Below, piece after piece: positions 48,432 to 63,174 of a stretch of 64,000 bases of DNA. Under the pieces are notes generated by a model. The model made no database searches and was not told where the DNA came from. It was given only the letters and a program-made list of their open reading frames with translations. This DNA is from Folioceros fuciformis (taxonomy: Eukaryota). The translations under genes were made by a program, and so were the position numbers. Every line of letters starts with the position of its first letter. Position 1 is the stretch's first letter. Where the stretch lies: positions 1 to 64,000 of the forward strand of contig JBNGIO010006224.1 in NCBI GenBank assembly GCA_049999805.1. Reading direction: 5' to 3'.

Positions 48432-50251
48432 CTAGTGCAGCTCGAAGAACTGGAAGCTCCGTGCATAATCCTTGTCTTGCTTGTAATACACATACAGCGG
48501 GGTGTAGAATAACGAGCACAGGCTGAAAGGAACGGCCATGACCATGAACAAGCCTCTTGAAATTGCCATGGCTTCCTTTGGAGAACCAGTATCAGGAACT
48601 GGTAAATCAACTCTGTATCCCCAGACCTTTTCAGCAAGAAGTCCCACAACTGGTGCTGCTATGGCGGAGAACGAGCCTTCGAAGGCTCGGTCGAAAGCAT
48701 ATATTATTGTCCTTTGCTGAGCTGGTACAATTTCAGCAAATATGGGATTATTTGCACACGCCTGACACCAGCTGATAGTCAGCCCCATCACGAAGAGCAC
48801 GACAGCATACGATGTCCAGTTGGAAGGGTCCTGCTTTAGCTTAACAAGAAGCAACCAAGAAAATGGGACACCCATAAAGGCACTGAACTGTGCACACATC
48901 ACACGCCCTGAGGCAGGATATATTCGAGCCGCTCGGTCTCCCAACCACCCCCCGAGGAGTGCACCGATTGCACAGCCAGCTGAAAAAAGCCCAACCAAAG
49001 TAGCGGACCCACGGTGCCCAAATCCTGTAGGAGCGCCCAAGTAGCAAAGCTCAGCATCACGGTACTCATGAGCCAGACATGCTTGTGACGAAGAAGGTGA
49101 TGGTACTTGCCTATTAGCTCCAACCACATTGTGAAGAACACCATCGCAGTCCATGGAAGGGACCCGACGAGTCCTTGCGCAATAATGAGTTGAAAGGTTT
49201 TTATCTTCACAACTGCTCTCACAGCAACCCACGCTTCTTTCCACACACTCACATGTCCACTTGCAAGATGCTCGTACATGCTACTCCTGAAACAATGCAG
49301 GAAAGGTCAGAAAATTAGGACGTTTGCCCTCACCTGTCAAGCAGTGCCGAGGAATGCATAACCTGCAACGCAGAGCTGCCATTCACCTTCACCGCAGTAT
49401 CATCTCCCCAACAGGGAAGGAATCAGGGGACTCACCGTGTATAACGAACAGACGAAGAGTGCAAAGATGGCTCACCAGCTCGGGGATCATCCACATACAT
49501 ATGAACAAGCCAGCCTATACTACAGCTCAACAGTGCCATAAGCAGGAATGCTACTCGCCATCCAGGGATACCACCAAAGGTATGTCCGGCAATTATAGTG
49601 GCAGTCATACTACCACAAATCCCGCCTAAGCTTCCCACCAGGTTCAACCACCCAAACGCGAACCCCCTGCCAGACTCTAAATAGCTATCAGCTATAAACG
49701 ACTGCAAAGCTGGAATGACAATCGCTAACCCCACACCATTAATTGCCCTCGCTAAGGCACACTGCGTGAAAGTTTGTGAGACCGCCACGAGAGCTGTCGA
49801 GCAGCCCCAGAAGAGAGTGCCGACTCCGATAACTGACGGCCGGCGATACCGCATAGCTAGGACACCGGCCAATGGAGAAGACAGAGCTTGCACAAGTGCT
49901 CGGACGAACGTAAGCGTTCCCAACTCAGCTGGGCTAGCATGAAATGTGAGGCCCACTTCTTTGTACACGGCTGGGAGCAGATTTTCATCCGCCCTCTCCA
50001 GGATTGCTGCCAGGTTTATCAGAATAAGAGAAATCGAGAGCCCGCATATCTTTCTGGATCTGCATCACTCACTCACGATAGAGGGAGCTCATCAGTTGGA
50101 GACACACCATAGAAACAGGTCACTACCCAGAGGAAACGCCGAGGCATCTGGGTAGAAAGCCCACTTGCTTTGAGCTGTGTTTCAGAGATCACCTTGGGGT
50201 CATTGTCGTTGCTGATAGCGGATTACTCTGCTCATCCAGCAGCGGTCGCAT
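48432..50251 (-). CDS. Major facilitator superfamily transporter (spinster-like, At4g36790-like)
   Basis: GLSISLILINLAAILERADENLLPAVYKEV, ARAINGVGLAIVIPALQSFIADS, IIAQGLVGSLPWTAMVFFTMWLELIGF, NNPIFAEIVP..IYAFDRAFEGS. Start at ATG 50251 or 50203. Confidence 0.92.
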
Positions 50252-51345
50252 CAGAGCAGGTTAGTCAAGCGTCGTATGTAGCCCTGATATGCAGTTCTCT
50301 GGAGGTAACATTCACTATCTGCAGAGGCCTATATCCTGGAGCACTGACAAGCATGCATGCTCCTCTCACCCGAGATGTCGTACAGCACGTTCTGCGCCGC
50401 CGTTTCCAGCTCACCTACCCGCTCTTCACACAATCATGCACATGAGACACCCGACAGTAAAACGTTTCGGCTGCAACCAACAAAAGATACTTTTGACAGA
50501 GCTCCGATCCTACCCGTAACAATTCTCAACCACAGGGGGCCAGCCCATAGCAAACTCGAAAGAGCTCCGACCCTACCTATCTCAAAATTACATACCCCCT
50601 ACAAAGGACCTAGAATTTGCTCAGCTCGAGTCATCAGGCCCAACAAGTAACCCCGTGCATTTTGTATGCCCCTTGATCTGCAATTCAAATGCCGAACACA
50701 CAATCGATACTACAGAGCCAAACAGATTCAATGCTTCCGGCCTCCCTAAAACTCCGCATCAATGACGTAACAGTTAATGATCGGGAACCAAGAACTCTCT
50801 GAAGGCTCCATGCACACGCCAAACGTTACCCAGCAAGCAGCACTCAAAGGACACCTCAGGGAAGGAATGCAGCAGCAACACACCTGGTGAGCTCACGATC
50901 AAGGGGGCGAGAGCTGCCAAACAGCCCCTCCCTTTCTAATTTTCTTCCATCTCACAAGAAGCTTCGAAGAATAGGAGGATTGCTGTCGCCCGGTCGTTGC
51001 AGCTTAGGGTAGCTGGAATGCACATCCCCAACATCCAAGTCATCGAGCAGTCCAAGCGATGAAACCGGTCGGGCGATCATAAACAGTTCAGCCGCCATAA
51101 CCAGCAACTTCCACCTGGCATATGGCTTTCTCTTAAGACCTTTCAATTGCACAGCACAGCACCTTTGGATGGGTTCCAATGTCTGCTGCGAGAGCTAATA
51201 CCGCGAAAGAGTTTAGCATAATTAACATTACTTCATATTTGATATATCTTATCAAATAGAACTTATCTGCAACGAAAAGAGTTCAAAAAGCTCAGTCAGG
51301 ACTAGCTCGAGGAGTTGTACCTGTAGCAGTGCGTAGCACAGTCCG

Positions 51346-53326
51346 ATGATGAACTTCCGTGTCTCCAGAGCTTGCCAGGCATCGCGCATCATCTGGTACG
51401 TGCGCGCTGGAGTCAGAGCACAATTTTCATCACGTCGGACTATTGGTTACAAGCAATATGTGCGTAGTCGACGTCCAGGCAGCTCTCTGCTGGATGGAGG
51501 CTAAAGAGGATTATTTGCAAGGATTCACCTGGAAAATGCCTCAGCTGCTGCATTGCGTTAACTTGTGCTTACATCGACTGTCTTTGTAAACCACAGGTAT
51601 AATCAAGATACATGGACGTCAGTGATGTCCTTTCTCGACGGGAAGTCTCTTATAAAGCTTGCTCTTATGAATCGACGGTTTTATGCCATGGTCATGGAAG
51701 AGTCTGTGTGGAAAGCGCTGTGCATGCGTGAGCTGGACGTTCCTGTGATTGACGAACCTCGTTTTAGCTGGAGGAAGCTGTATGTTGCAGCAGTTGGTAA
51801 TCTTCGTAATCCTGGATTGCTCCTCGTCACTTTAGACTAAAAGAACTTCACAAGAGTCGAAGAAATTTCTCTGACCCCTGCCGATTGTTTACTGTAACCA
51901 CCTGAATGCATTCAAAAACTTTCGTTGCAGACGGGCGCCACTCGTATACCTGCCGCAATTCTGAAAGACACATAGGTTAGAGTTTCTGCTCTTCTAGTTT
52001 TGTGGCTCATGAATCTGCAGGCCCGATTTCGCTGAACTCCAGTTGTGAATTTGTGTCTTACAGATTGGATGAGGATTGGTGCATTTTGTATAACATCCGG
52101 AGAAGCTATTGCAACAGATACTCTTAGAATTAAGACGTTTGTGCGAAATGGCGTGAAGCGGCGACACTACGTAGAGTTACCATCAACCTCTCTGCGGATA
52201 TCTGGCGTCAGGCGAGGTCCTTGGATCGCAGGTTATGGCAGAAATCGTGGTGAAATATTCGGCATTCCACGCCACATTCATTTCCAACTTCACGCAACTT
52301 TTGTTATGCAGAAGTTCGTTTTGCTGGAGCACATTCCCCTGATATAGATCTGTTTGTTGTCGCAGATCTGCATCTTGTGCGCTGTCCTGTTTGCAACCTC
52401 TCTTCGTGTGAAGGTAACAGGAGCAGTATGCTTTCGGCTAGGAGCAGCAATACTCTTTCAACGTGCATCCAAGTTAGCAGTTGTATGCTTCGGATGCGAA
52501 TTATTCGCAGCAAATACATGTGCTCGGGGGTTGAATGTGTAGGTACCATGCAAACGCTTGATGCGCGCCACTGGGAGCTGTTTTTGCATGAAGAGTACTT
52601 GAAGGGACAGTGGCTCTTTGAAGAGACTGCGGCACATACCGTGGAAGTGAGCTGTGGTGAAGCATCTGCAGGGATTTTTGATGCGTCACAGCTAACGAGC
52701 AAGGAAACATTTGGTGAGCCCTCCTGGAATGAGATATAAGAAGTTTCTATGAATGATGGCTGATCTTGTGCTAGTGACATTGGCATCTGTTTCTAATGCT
52801 CGCAACAACCTCAAAACGAAAAAACCATGACCAAAAACATAAGGGGTGGTGCCTGATACTTGTAGTTGGCTCTTTAGTCATGGTAAGTACTCCGGTTTCA
52901 GGTAAGGTGCAACTGGTAAGGTAGTTCATTTGTGCAACTTTGAGCTGGGATGTTCCAGGAATCTTTGACTTGAAGTCATGGATTGGCGCTCCTGGAGACT
53001 GGCAACCACGGGGTAAAAGCTGCATGTATGCGGTGGGTGCCTGCACAAACCTACAGCCCAACGAAGGTACAGTCTTCACCGCCTCAGAATCTGGCCGGTC
53101 TAATTTGTTCTCAGTAGGAAATTGAGGAATGGTTTTTGCTGCAATGCACGAGTCAGTGGCATTCTTAGAGTCTTGACCAAACAAGTGAAGTTGCTTCCGC
53201 ATGCTAAACTGTCTGACTGACGTCGAGAACTGAAGTTACACAGGGTTGCAGATGACCTATCACATTATGAGGAGCGGTGAGCATGAGCCTATCGTAGGAA
53301 TTCGTGTCTCCCAACAGCTTATATGA
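51346..53326 (+). CDS. F-box protein, At3g61730/RMF-like, multi-exon
   Basis: WYNQDTWTSVMSFLDGKSLIKLA, DGRHSY..HIDWMRIGAF, GPWIADLHLVRCPVCNLSSCEGTMQTLDARHWELFL, TNLQPNEGL, IVGIRVSQQLI*. The first exon (51346-51395) is inferred from phase. Confidence 0.9.
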
Positions 53327-54707
53327 GGAGCACACCAACAGTGTGCTCTGTAAACTCCGATCTACTTTTCATAGCACCACTTTCAATAGCGAACGTGTAG
53401 TAACAAACTAGGAATGTTCCACTACTGGTGTACCGCTTGTTTGTCACAGGAGACGGCAACCTGAAATGCTTAGAGATTGAGACTTAGAGGAAGCGTCCTC
53501 CTGTGAGGCTGGCCAGCTGTTAGAGCTGCCTCAGCCCTGCGGTACTAGAGACATGGACCATGCTTTTCGCCCCCTCTCAGTACGCAAGGCCCTACGCAGT
53601 AGTTCATGCACGAGGGGTAGGCAAGTCAAGGAACGGATATTTAGCTCGTACTTCCTTGTTGAGTAGATTTAGGGACTCTTGCTTCCACATCCTCGAGCGT
53701 TTGAGGCGCGAAGAGACAATAGGTACTATGTCCGTCCATCAAACCACCTACGGCCACAATGAGTATTGTCAGAACAGCTGTTTTGGATATCCAGCTTTTG
53801 ACGAGCTCGATACAAAGGCTAACATACATTTGTAACTAAAGAGGTTTTTTTCTTGGTTTCAGAGTTTTTTTTTCTCACATTCTTTAGTCATCATATTTTT
53901 ATTAGGGTCACTAGCAACCAACCTTATTGTCTATCTTTCTCTATCTCATATTGTGACCTCGAGAACTCATGTCCTTTGCAAAAGGTGTTGGCAAAAGCAA
54001 TCTATACAACAACAATAGGCATAGGGGAGGGATTTCAACCATGTCATAGCTTAATATATGGTGGCCTTGGGAATTTAGTTGTCTTCATTGTTTTTGTGGT
54101 TTTGTTTTTAGGTCTTTTTTTGACTACATGAGATTTTCCATCTTATTTTTCAATATAGTCTCCCGCTTTATATATATACATAGAATTTCTTATATTAATG
54201 AATTAATTATTTTATCGGATTAAATTCTCTATAAAATATTTTTGTCTGAGATACTATGACTAAGTAAACGGGCTACAACCAAAATTAATTAAGACCAGTA
54301 AAAACACCGTAGGTAGTGCCCAAATCACACGGAGGGGGGCATACGACAGCGCTGATTTTGGCTACATTAAAGCAATTATTGAGTTTTGGGTACAGTGTGG
54401 AATGTGAAAAATGTGTGCGAATGAGAGCCTCTCGGCACGTTGACCGGTTGACCGGATGGGAAAGAGAAGGTTCCGAGTGCCAGCTAGTGGGTCTGGTATC
54501 GAGACAAACTCATTGGTGGCTCGAGGTTTGGAGCTTCGGACTCACTTCCTGCTGATTTGGTCTTCGGGAAGGGGAGATTTGCAGGCGGCGAGAAGTTACG
54601 GACCAAGTGCGTGAGCTACGGGGTTCTGGTGTCGGCAGGGCTAAGAAGCCCACCGGCGACGCCACTCCACTGTTGAATGTTGAGCTAGTGATCCGCTGTC
54701 GAGATTC

Positions 54708-57700
54708 ATGATCCTGCCTGGTTGCAGCTGAGAAGGTGGCGTGCTTGCAAACCTGCCGTTGGGAGGGATTTTTGGCTTCGCTCGGTAGTCCTTGTTGCAC
54801 TTGACATGTCCCCCTCACGTGCACCATGTGCTGCTGTGTGATAGACATGAGTGTCCGTCGAGTGCTGCAAGAGGCCCAAGTGAGGTGGCTCAAACCTCCG
54901 GAGGTCTGCGACATAATTGAGCACTACCAACAGCACAACTTCTCCCTCAGTACATCGCCTCCGAATAAGCCAGGAAGTACTTACCGGGTTGGCTTACCTC
55001 AGCTCAATTCTGTTTGAGGGTGGGGAGTGTCCCTCGACTGTGCCGTGACGTCTTAGTCTGCCTGAATCGGACGGTTTCATGTGCAATGTCAGCTGGGTTT
55101 CCCTTCCCCCCTGAATAATTGTGGTGTGGTGGTGCTGTGCTAGATGGGGCCCTGTTTCTCTTCGATCGGAAGGTGCAACGCTATTTTCGCAGGGACGGCC
55201 ACAACTGGCGGAAGAAGCGCGACAATAGGACTGTTCGCGAAGCTCACGAGCGCCTGAAGGTGTGCAGAGTTTTTAGTCCATCTGGTGGCTTCAAATATGA
55301 GTCTGAGAGCAACGAGCCCCTTCGGTGTGGATTGTCCGTGAAATTATCTGTTTAGTTTGGTACCTTGGATTGTGTGTACATGTAGCCCTGAATATCCGGT
55401 GATGCAGTCAGGTAGTGTCGATGTTCTGCACTGCTACTATGCGCATGGTCAGGAGGACTACAAGTTCCAACGTCGTTGTTATTGGATGCTTAACCCGTAA
55501 GATGCTTCGCTTAGATCATCCTATGCCGCTTCACATGGTTGGGAAAGTAATTTAGTAGGAATAGCGCTGTTTGTATCATTGCTCCGCCTTTCAAGCATGG
55601 CGGAATGTCATGGAAGATTGGCTACCCTCCAGAGAGTGATCATTCAGGTTGGCTGTTTCTACCATTCGGCAGGGCATTGGAGCATATTGTCCTTGTGCAC
55701 TATCGGCAAACCACTGAGGTATGTTTCGGAATTAACTGTGCTACAATGAGGGAGGCTTGAGACGTTGTTTGGTCGGTTTGTTTGTGAAGGATTACCCTAC
55801 TCACTCAGTAAAATCCAGTAAATTCTGGAGTGCAAGTGTGGTGTTCATGAACCCATTGTGAGAAAATGTGTGGGATGTATTTGACTGATGTTGGCCACAA
55901 TTTTTGTAGGGTGGGAAATTATGTCGTGCAGTTGATACATCCACTGGAATTGGGGGCCAGCAGCCCTCACCATCCTTTTCTGGCGAAAGTGGTGAGAGGG
56001 AACCTGAAGATCCTGACTTCAGAGAGATGTTAGACGATGAAAGCGAGCCATCAGTTGAAGATCAAGCTGGTTATCCGGATTCCCTTGACGAACAGCTTAA
56101 TGCTCGGTTCCCTGAAGATCAAGCAGGTTTGCCCTTCGATGGTTCAAATACTGGATGGGTTGCTTCTTCCACAGCGGGTGGATCGGAAGTGCCCTCTGGC
56201 CAGTTTGGTACTGTGGGGAGTTCCTCTTTGCGTGCTACCGTTGGCTACTCGCTTTCTGGTCTTGAGCAAATGCTTAATGATCCTTCAGGTATCGCATTCT
56301 AAATGTTGCAGGTACTTGTGCCTGTGGCTGTGAAGTTTTTCATGAAAGCTGATGGTGTTACCGCTGATTGCGTCAAAACCATAGGAAGGGATGCTGTCTG
56401 TTGAGATGCCTGTCAAGTCTGTCTGTTGAGATGCCTTTCAAGGCTGTTTCTGGTGTTGTTGGTTGCTGAGGCTGTATCCGCATTGTTTCTGTTTCAGATG
56501 TAGAAGGCAATGGACCCTGTGATCTGGCATCCTGGGAGAGCATGCTCTCTAACAGCAATAGGGCCACTGTGGTTGGAATTGTGAAGAAAGAGGTTGAATG
56601 CGCTAGCGAGTTGGAACAAACATATCTGGAAAGACATGGAATCTTATTAAATTTACCTGAAAGCAACACTGGAATACGTGTAGGGAGAATGTCTCCTTTG
56701 AGTCATGCAAATGTGCCTGCGCCTAGGCAAGCTACAGACGCAGGATTGGAGTTTTTAAACAAGTCTTTCACAGGCTTGCCATCAAGGCCTGCTGAGGTAG
56801 GAAGATTTGTTGGAAGCCTACTTTCGTTCTGCCCTTCAAGCATGGTAACCAATGTAGATTTTGTGTGGTTAGTGGCAGTTGAGGATCTTTGTGTGTTAGA
56901 ATCGAGAATTTCGAGTAGTTGTGGATATGCAGGATCAGAACGGTCTGTGCTACACTCTTGTGTAGAGGTTTTCTCAGTTGCTTATCTTGGCACTGATGGC
57001 TCCTTGCATTGGATGTGGCACAGGGTAATACTACAAGCTGGGTTCACTGGCCTGCGCATAATGAGGGAAGGGAGCAATACACGAATAGTGCACAAGCAGA
57101 GGTACTGTTGGTGTCTCAAACAGCACAAACAGCACAAACAGTAGGAGGCTCATTCCCTTCTGGTTCAGAGTATGGGGGAACGGTTTTTCCACCAGACGTG
57201 GCTGCTGGTGTGAATAGTGGTACTGAAAGAGCTGAGCGCGGCTTCGAAAAGATGGACAGTTTCAGCAAATGGGTGGAGGATTCTCTAGTAGGTGATGATT
57301 CCCTAGTATCTCATCCTGGTCATACAGGATCTGAATGGCCTGCGAGTTTGGCAGACAACTCGGCTGGTGAGCTTTCAAGTGATATGATGCTTGATGTTGG
57401 TGTTGTCAGCCCTTCGCTGTCACAGCAACAGAAATTTAACATCGTGGAATTTTCACCGGAGTGGTCCTTCTGTTCAGTCAAAACAAAGGTGAGTTCATTC
57501 ATCTGAATTGAGTTGTTTGCAGTCCCCAGTGACTGCCACATCATCATAGATTATCTTACCCGCAAAAATGCAGGTCCTCATCACTGGGAGTTTTTTGGAT
57601 TCTTCACAAAATCCTGCCGAATGCAAATGGAGTGTTATGTTTGGCGAGGTGGAGGTCCCAGCGGTTTTTCTCTCCACTGGAGTGCTTTCATGCTTCACTC

Positions 57701-59550
57701 CTGACCTTGATGCGGGCAGGGTGCCATTCTACATCACCTGTAGTAATAGAGAGGCATGCAGTCAAGTCAGGGAATTTGAGTTCCGCATGAACTCTGCTCC
57801 AAGTCCCACGGACACCAGTGCTTTAGTTAACGACCTGGTTCTACAGACACGGTTATCGCGAATGCTGCTCAGCAGGGTGAAGTCATATAGAGGTTCCAAT
57901 GAGCGGCCAAATATTGACTCAGGGGTAGTGCAGGATGTTGTTTCAAATGAAGAGTGGTCTAATGTGCAGTCTACACTGGAGGGACCAAGCCCAAGTCCGC
58001 AGGTGGCAAAGGACTTGCTATCTTCAATTTATTTAAGGCGACTGTTCAAGCTTTGGCTTCATGCTAAAATCCTTGAAGGCGAAAAGGAATTTCGGTTTTT
58101 CGATGAAAAGGGCCAAGGAGTGCTCCACTTAGTAGCTGCTCTTGGTTACTGCTGGGGGATAAGCCCACTGTTGGCAGCTGGTTCTGGAATCAATTTCCGT
58201 GATGCTCGTGGTTGGACTGCCCTTCACTGGGCAGCTGTACATGGAAGGTACGGTTTTGTTGCTGCGGGGACAATACTGGCTTGCCCTTGAGTTTTGCACT
58301 GCAGTTTGAACAGGTCGGAGATGCAGAGGTATTTGAGTTGTTGATGGTGCTCTACTTCCTGGTTGAACTCATGACATCATGCGTCTCTTGCAGGGAAGAG
58401 GCTGTGGCACTGTTGCTTGCTTCTGGAGCAACACCAGCTTTGAAAACTGACCCCACTCCCAAAGAACCAGCTGGTCACACCCCTGCAGATTTAGCTCAAG
58501 CTCATGGATATGCAGGAATTGCTGCTTATTTAGCTGAGGCAGCATTGGCATCTCGGTTGTCTGCCATCACTCTCTCTGACAAGAATTCAAGTGAGATTGT
58601 GGACACTCCACCTCTCAGAATCGACGCCTTTGTAGGTGGCGATCTCAAAATTGGTTCAGATGAGTCATATCCACTGGATACTCCTTACTCTGCCGTGGAA
58701 AAGGCAACGAAAGCTGCATTAGAGATACAGGCTTTGAATCGACAGAAGTCATGGATCAGAAAGCAGCAAGCAGAGAGAAATTTTGCACTGGGGCAATTGG
58801 ACAGTATTCCATCGGTCAATGAGCAACTGCGGGAGATGTACGCAGCGAAGACAATTCAAAAAGCTTTTAGGGGTCACCATACAAAGAAAAAGTTAAGGCT
58901 GAACTCAGCAGCCATCCTTATTCAGCGAAGGTATCGAGGCTACAAAGGACGAAAAGCATTCTTGAACATCCGCAGCAAAGTTGTACGGATTCAGGTAAGC
59001 ACAGACGGCCCCAGTTGTCCAATTCAGCTTGCAGACAAACATGCACACTGGATAAACTGTAGCGAGGAGACTTAGATTTATTTAGTGCTAACGCTTGGGT
59101 GTCCTATTTTTCACAGGCAACTGTTAGGGGACACCTAGTCCGGAAGCAATACAAGAAACTGTTGTGGTCAGTTGGGATCTTGGAGAAAGCTGTTCTCAGA
59201 TGGCACCGAAAAAGAAACGGATTCCGGAATTTCAATATGCCGAACAGTGATTCTGATCTGGAGGATATAAGGAAGCCTTTAAAAGACCAGTTCAACATAG
59301 AAATTTGGGAGGATGTTAACAAAATTAGATCCATAGTTAATGATAAAACAGCTCTTGATTCCTACAACCGTGTGAAGATCTTGGAGCAACATGGGGTGAG
59401 TGGAAAGCTCAAGAAAGCTTAACTTTGCGAATCCAATTTTCTGTGCCGTCGTCATAGAGATTTGTTGCACTGTGTTTCCAGGCTGAGCAGCTTTCAAGTC
59501 CATCAGAAGCTTTGGGTATAGATCGGGACGCGAGCATGGCATTCGAGTAG
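54708..59550 (+). CDS. CAMTA: Calmodulin-binding transcription activator (CG-1, TIG, ankyrin, IQ and CaM-binding domains)
   Basis: CG-1: EAQVRWLKPPEV, LFLFDRKVQRYFRRDGHNWRKK, LHCYYAHG..FQRRCYWML, HIVLVHYR. TIG: FSPEWSF..KVLITG. Ankyrin: GINFRDARGWTALHWAA. IQ: IQRRYRGYKGRK. CaM-binding: WSVGILEKAVLRWHRKR. The start (54708 or 54848) and last exon (stop 59550 if spliced, 59422 if not) are uncertain. Confidence 0.95.
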
Positions 59551-59692
59551 CGTGAACCAGGGTCACGTGGGTACTGGAAGAACGTGGCAGTACCAAAGGT
59601 GAGTCATTTTCAGTGCCTTCTATGTCTTGCATTTGGGAATAGCATTTGGGAAAACCACTCCGTCCCGATCTCCTCTTTGTCCCCTCTCGAGA

Positions 59693-59822
59693 AACAACAG
59701 GAGGGTTAGTGTGTGTTGATAGTTTTTGTATCCGACTCAACAACAGGAGGGTTAGTAGATGTTAATAGTTTTTGTATTCGACTCAACAACAGGAGGGTTA
59801 GTAGATGTTAATAGTTTTTGTG
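59693..59822. repeat. 46-bp tandem repeat, ~3 copies, downstream of CAMTA
   Basis: AACAACAGGAGGGTTAGTAGATGTTAATAGTTTTTGTATTCGACTC at 59693, 59739 and 59785. Confidence 0.95.
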
Positions 59823-60640
59823 TTTGTGTGAAAGCAGAGCTGGCACTTTAGTCTTCATCGCCTGATGGTTATGTATCAATAGAACTCATCGTAGCGAAAA
59901 AGTGTAAGCATTTTTGTTTCACTGAGAATCTTGCTCTGTAAAAGATATTTCTTTGTACATTTCTCTACAATAATGGTCTACAGAATAGTTCTCTATCCTT
60001 TGCGTGGTAGTCTCTCCACAAGTTTTGTTCATCTTTTGCTTGCCACTTTTCACTTCCATTTGCTGCCATCTCCATCTTCAGATTATTAGAAAACAGACAG
60101 ACGCATGCGTGTAATACCCCACTCGTTGCACTCGTCTTAATTTGATGACCAGCACACGACTGCCGCCTCGTCCTTCAGAACAACGCATTCACAATTCTCT
60201 GTGTAGAGGTACGAGAAATCATCATACCCTCCCTCAACAACCTCTATCCAGCTCCCGGAAATCATCATGCCCATCTCAGTAACGTCCGAACCGGCAGATA
60301 CAAATTTGGATCTCTGTGAGAAGCACACAACTGGTACACCCCTAGCCAACGCAGAGTGACCACAGCTGCCAGATGGAAAAAAAAAAGACTTAAGATCAAA
60401 CAAATGGAGCACAAAAAGAATCCCATCATTTTTCATACAACAAACCTCCTGCATAAAACAGCAACCTTCACCTGTACATTGGTTGCGTGTCACCGCTGCT
60501 GTGCCCACCAAAATCTGCATCTGACTACATCAAAGTTGCTTAGATGGGAACCTTCAGATGTGCACTGGCCTAATAAAGTTGACCGCATGTGGAGGTTGCC
60601 AACTCAGGTTCACCAAAATCAAGAACAATGCATCGATTCC

Positions 60641-63174
60641 TTACAACCGTTCAAAATCATCACCCCTCAAGGCAGTGCCATTTGAAAAATTTCGGATGCG
60701 GACAACGCCGGCTGCTGCTAAACAACTGCCAGTGACAAGTTGTGTACCCCGCACTGCTATTGCTGAGACTCCAACACGCCCATACAAATGCTGATCGTCC
60801 ACTGTTTCCAAAGTGTTTAGAGCATGCCCAGTAGAAACATCCCACACACGTACATTGCTGTCTTCCTGGCCCCCTGTGACTACCTTATATGAATCTAAAT
60901 AAACACTACTAACAGGACCAGTATGCTTACTGAAGACTGCTAATGGTCCTGGATGATTTTCCATTTTACGTACATCCCACAGTTTTGCAGTTCTGCACAT
61001 CCACAATAAAAATGTCACACACGCATGCATGCAGTACACTACAAACTTTTAGAAATCAGGGGAATTCAACCCATGCCACCGCGGCAAACAACCCAAACTT
61101 ACACACGGCCACTGATTCTCACCCATCATTGCCTCCAGTGCAGATCAATGACTTCGATGGACCAATGGCGAAGGACACAACGCCAGAGTCGTGAGTTGCA
61201 ACTGTGGCAACGAGTCTCATAGTTCGCAAATCAATGACTGCTGCAGTAGACCCACCCACAACATAACAAACAGTCCCATCACACCTTAAAGCAGCTGGAA
61301 GGCCTGGGCTGCGCATTGACCCCACACAAGAGGCTGTTGCAGACAATGACACTGCAGTTGTGTCCCATACACGTACCTGAAAACAACGATATCCAACCTT
61401 CTTAAACAGACTTGCTGCTTTAGGTGCATTAAGATAAAACATTAGCTATGTAGGTGCATGTCACTCGCTCAATAAAGTCTTCACTTTCTCAGACTGCTGC
61501 AACTAATACAATTAGGTGGAGTTGCTTCTCACTTCACCTTTAAATCCTTTCCAGCACTAACAAGCAGTGACGTGTTATGCCTACAAAAAGAAACAGTCAC
61601 CCAGTCAGGAGTCTACGTGGTGGAACAAGACAAGCCCATATCGATGAAAAAGGAAACGTTTTCTTTTAAGCAAAGGACAAAGTATAGAGTTAAACAGATT
61701 TGCACCCCGCAACAGCTAATTCTCTGACGAAATTCTCATGGCTATGTAGTGTCGCAAGCAGAGGGGAGCGTCTACGATTGGATGTTGATGAGAGCGCCCA
61801 CAATCTGATAGTTCCATCTAGTCCTCCACTGGCCAAAACTGTATCATCTCCCAGCAATTTGTCTGCAAGTGTGCTTACAGGTCCGGTATGCCCACGAAAC
61901 GTCTGAATATTTCTTCCCTTCACTCCCGTCCAACAACATGACAACATGGAATGTTCCAAATAAGACAATTTTCTGGTTGGCATGCAAGGTATTAAAACTA
62001 CTGGGTTGGGCATGCATTGGAGGTACCGTGCCCCACAGGCGAATTGTATGATCACAACTAGATGACACGAGGAGGCTGTCTTCTCTTCTTGACGAACTTT
62101 GGAACGTTGCTAGGCCGAGAAAAGGAAAAGCTCTGCAGTCAAAAGGTTCGCATGACTGTCCAACCGAAAAAAATTCAAACCCGATATGCAGAGTCAAGCT
62201 GCCTACCTCATACAAGTGATGCGGGCATTATGATCACGCAGGTAGCCCACCATGCTTGGAGCACTGTCACCTGGACCCAGCTTCCACACCGACATATTTT
62301 GACCCTAGAATGTAACAATGGACCCACATGAGAGCCTTGTCCTCGTTCGTAGAGTAAGAACCATCTACGAAAACTCAGCGTGCCACTAACCTGTGCAATT
62401 GTCACCCTGTCATCTTCCAGGACAAGGTGGCTAACTGGAGAAGTTGAAATTTGAACTTGCCAATCAACAGGATCCATGAGACGAAATTGGTGAGTAGCTC
62501 TATGGCGGGCAACGTATGCTTCTCTCCCTGCTGAGTTCATATCCTGTCCCCGGAATATCAGTTTAGCTGGCCACCGTTTCCTGCACCGTGCAAACAGCAA
62601 CAGACTCATTGATGAAGGTATACACGGACAACTAGCGCAAGACTGAAGGGCCCAACCCTGTAGACCTAAGGCACAGTGGCGTATTTGAGCTAAACCTGCA
62701 CTGAATTTGCCAAACAGTGTCGGAATAAGCTGCCTCTCTGAATTTCCGACAGGCCAGTGCCATGTTGACAAGATCACGAAGACCTAACCGTGATGCACAA
62801 AGTATTAGAACGTCCATATCAAGGTCAAGAACCTGTGTCTTGCTGTCCATCTTCAATTTTTCCTCACGGATAACTTTCTCAAACAGAGGTTTCCTTGTGC
62901 CCCTAAGCACAGTATCACGTTCGAAGCCATGTGATGCATCTCGTTGTGCCGTAGGTGCCTCCACTCTCGGAGAGTGCCCACGGAAATTCCCACTCGCTTG
63001 CACCCCATGTGATCCACCTGCTACTAATTGCCCTCCATACAGAAATCCCCTTGATGGTGAAGGTGTTTCAGCAGCTGCTCTCTCCTTGCAAGTACATGAC
63101 AAGTCCCACAAACATGCTCCTACATAGGACGTGCTTCTCCTATCGTCAGTCGCAGAAGAGTGGGATGTCGGCAT
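60641..63174 (-). CDS. F-box/WD40-repeat protein (At3g52030-like), multi-exon
   Basis: F-box LDLDMDVLILCASRLGLRDLVNMALACRKFREAAYSDTVW. WD repeats LVSSSCDHTIRLW, FRGHTGPVSTLAD..LASGGLDGTIRLW, LLVSAGKDLKVRVWD and HTGPVSSVYLDSYKVVTGGQEDSNVRVWD. The start could be the MDSK ATG near 62850. Confidence 0.9.

Noticed and set aside
14260-63174. Three F-box genes as a functional cluster
   Set aside because: They belong to unrelated F-box subfamilies and are widely spaced, and F-box genes are abundant in plant genomes.
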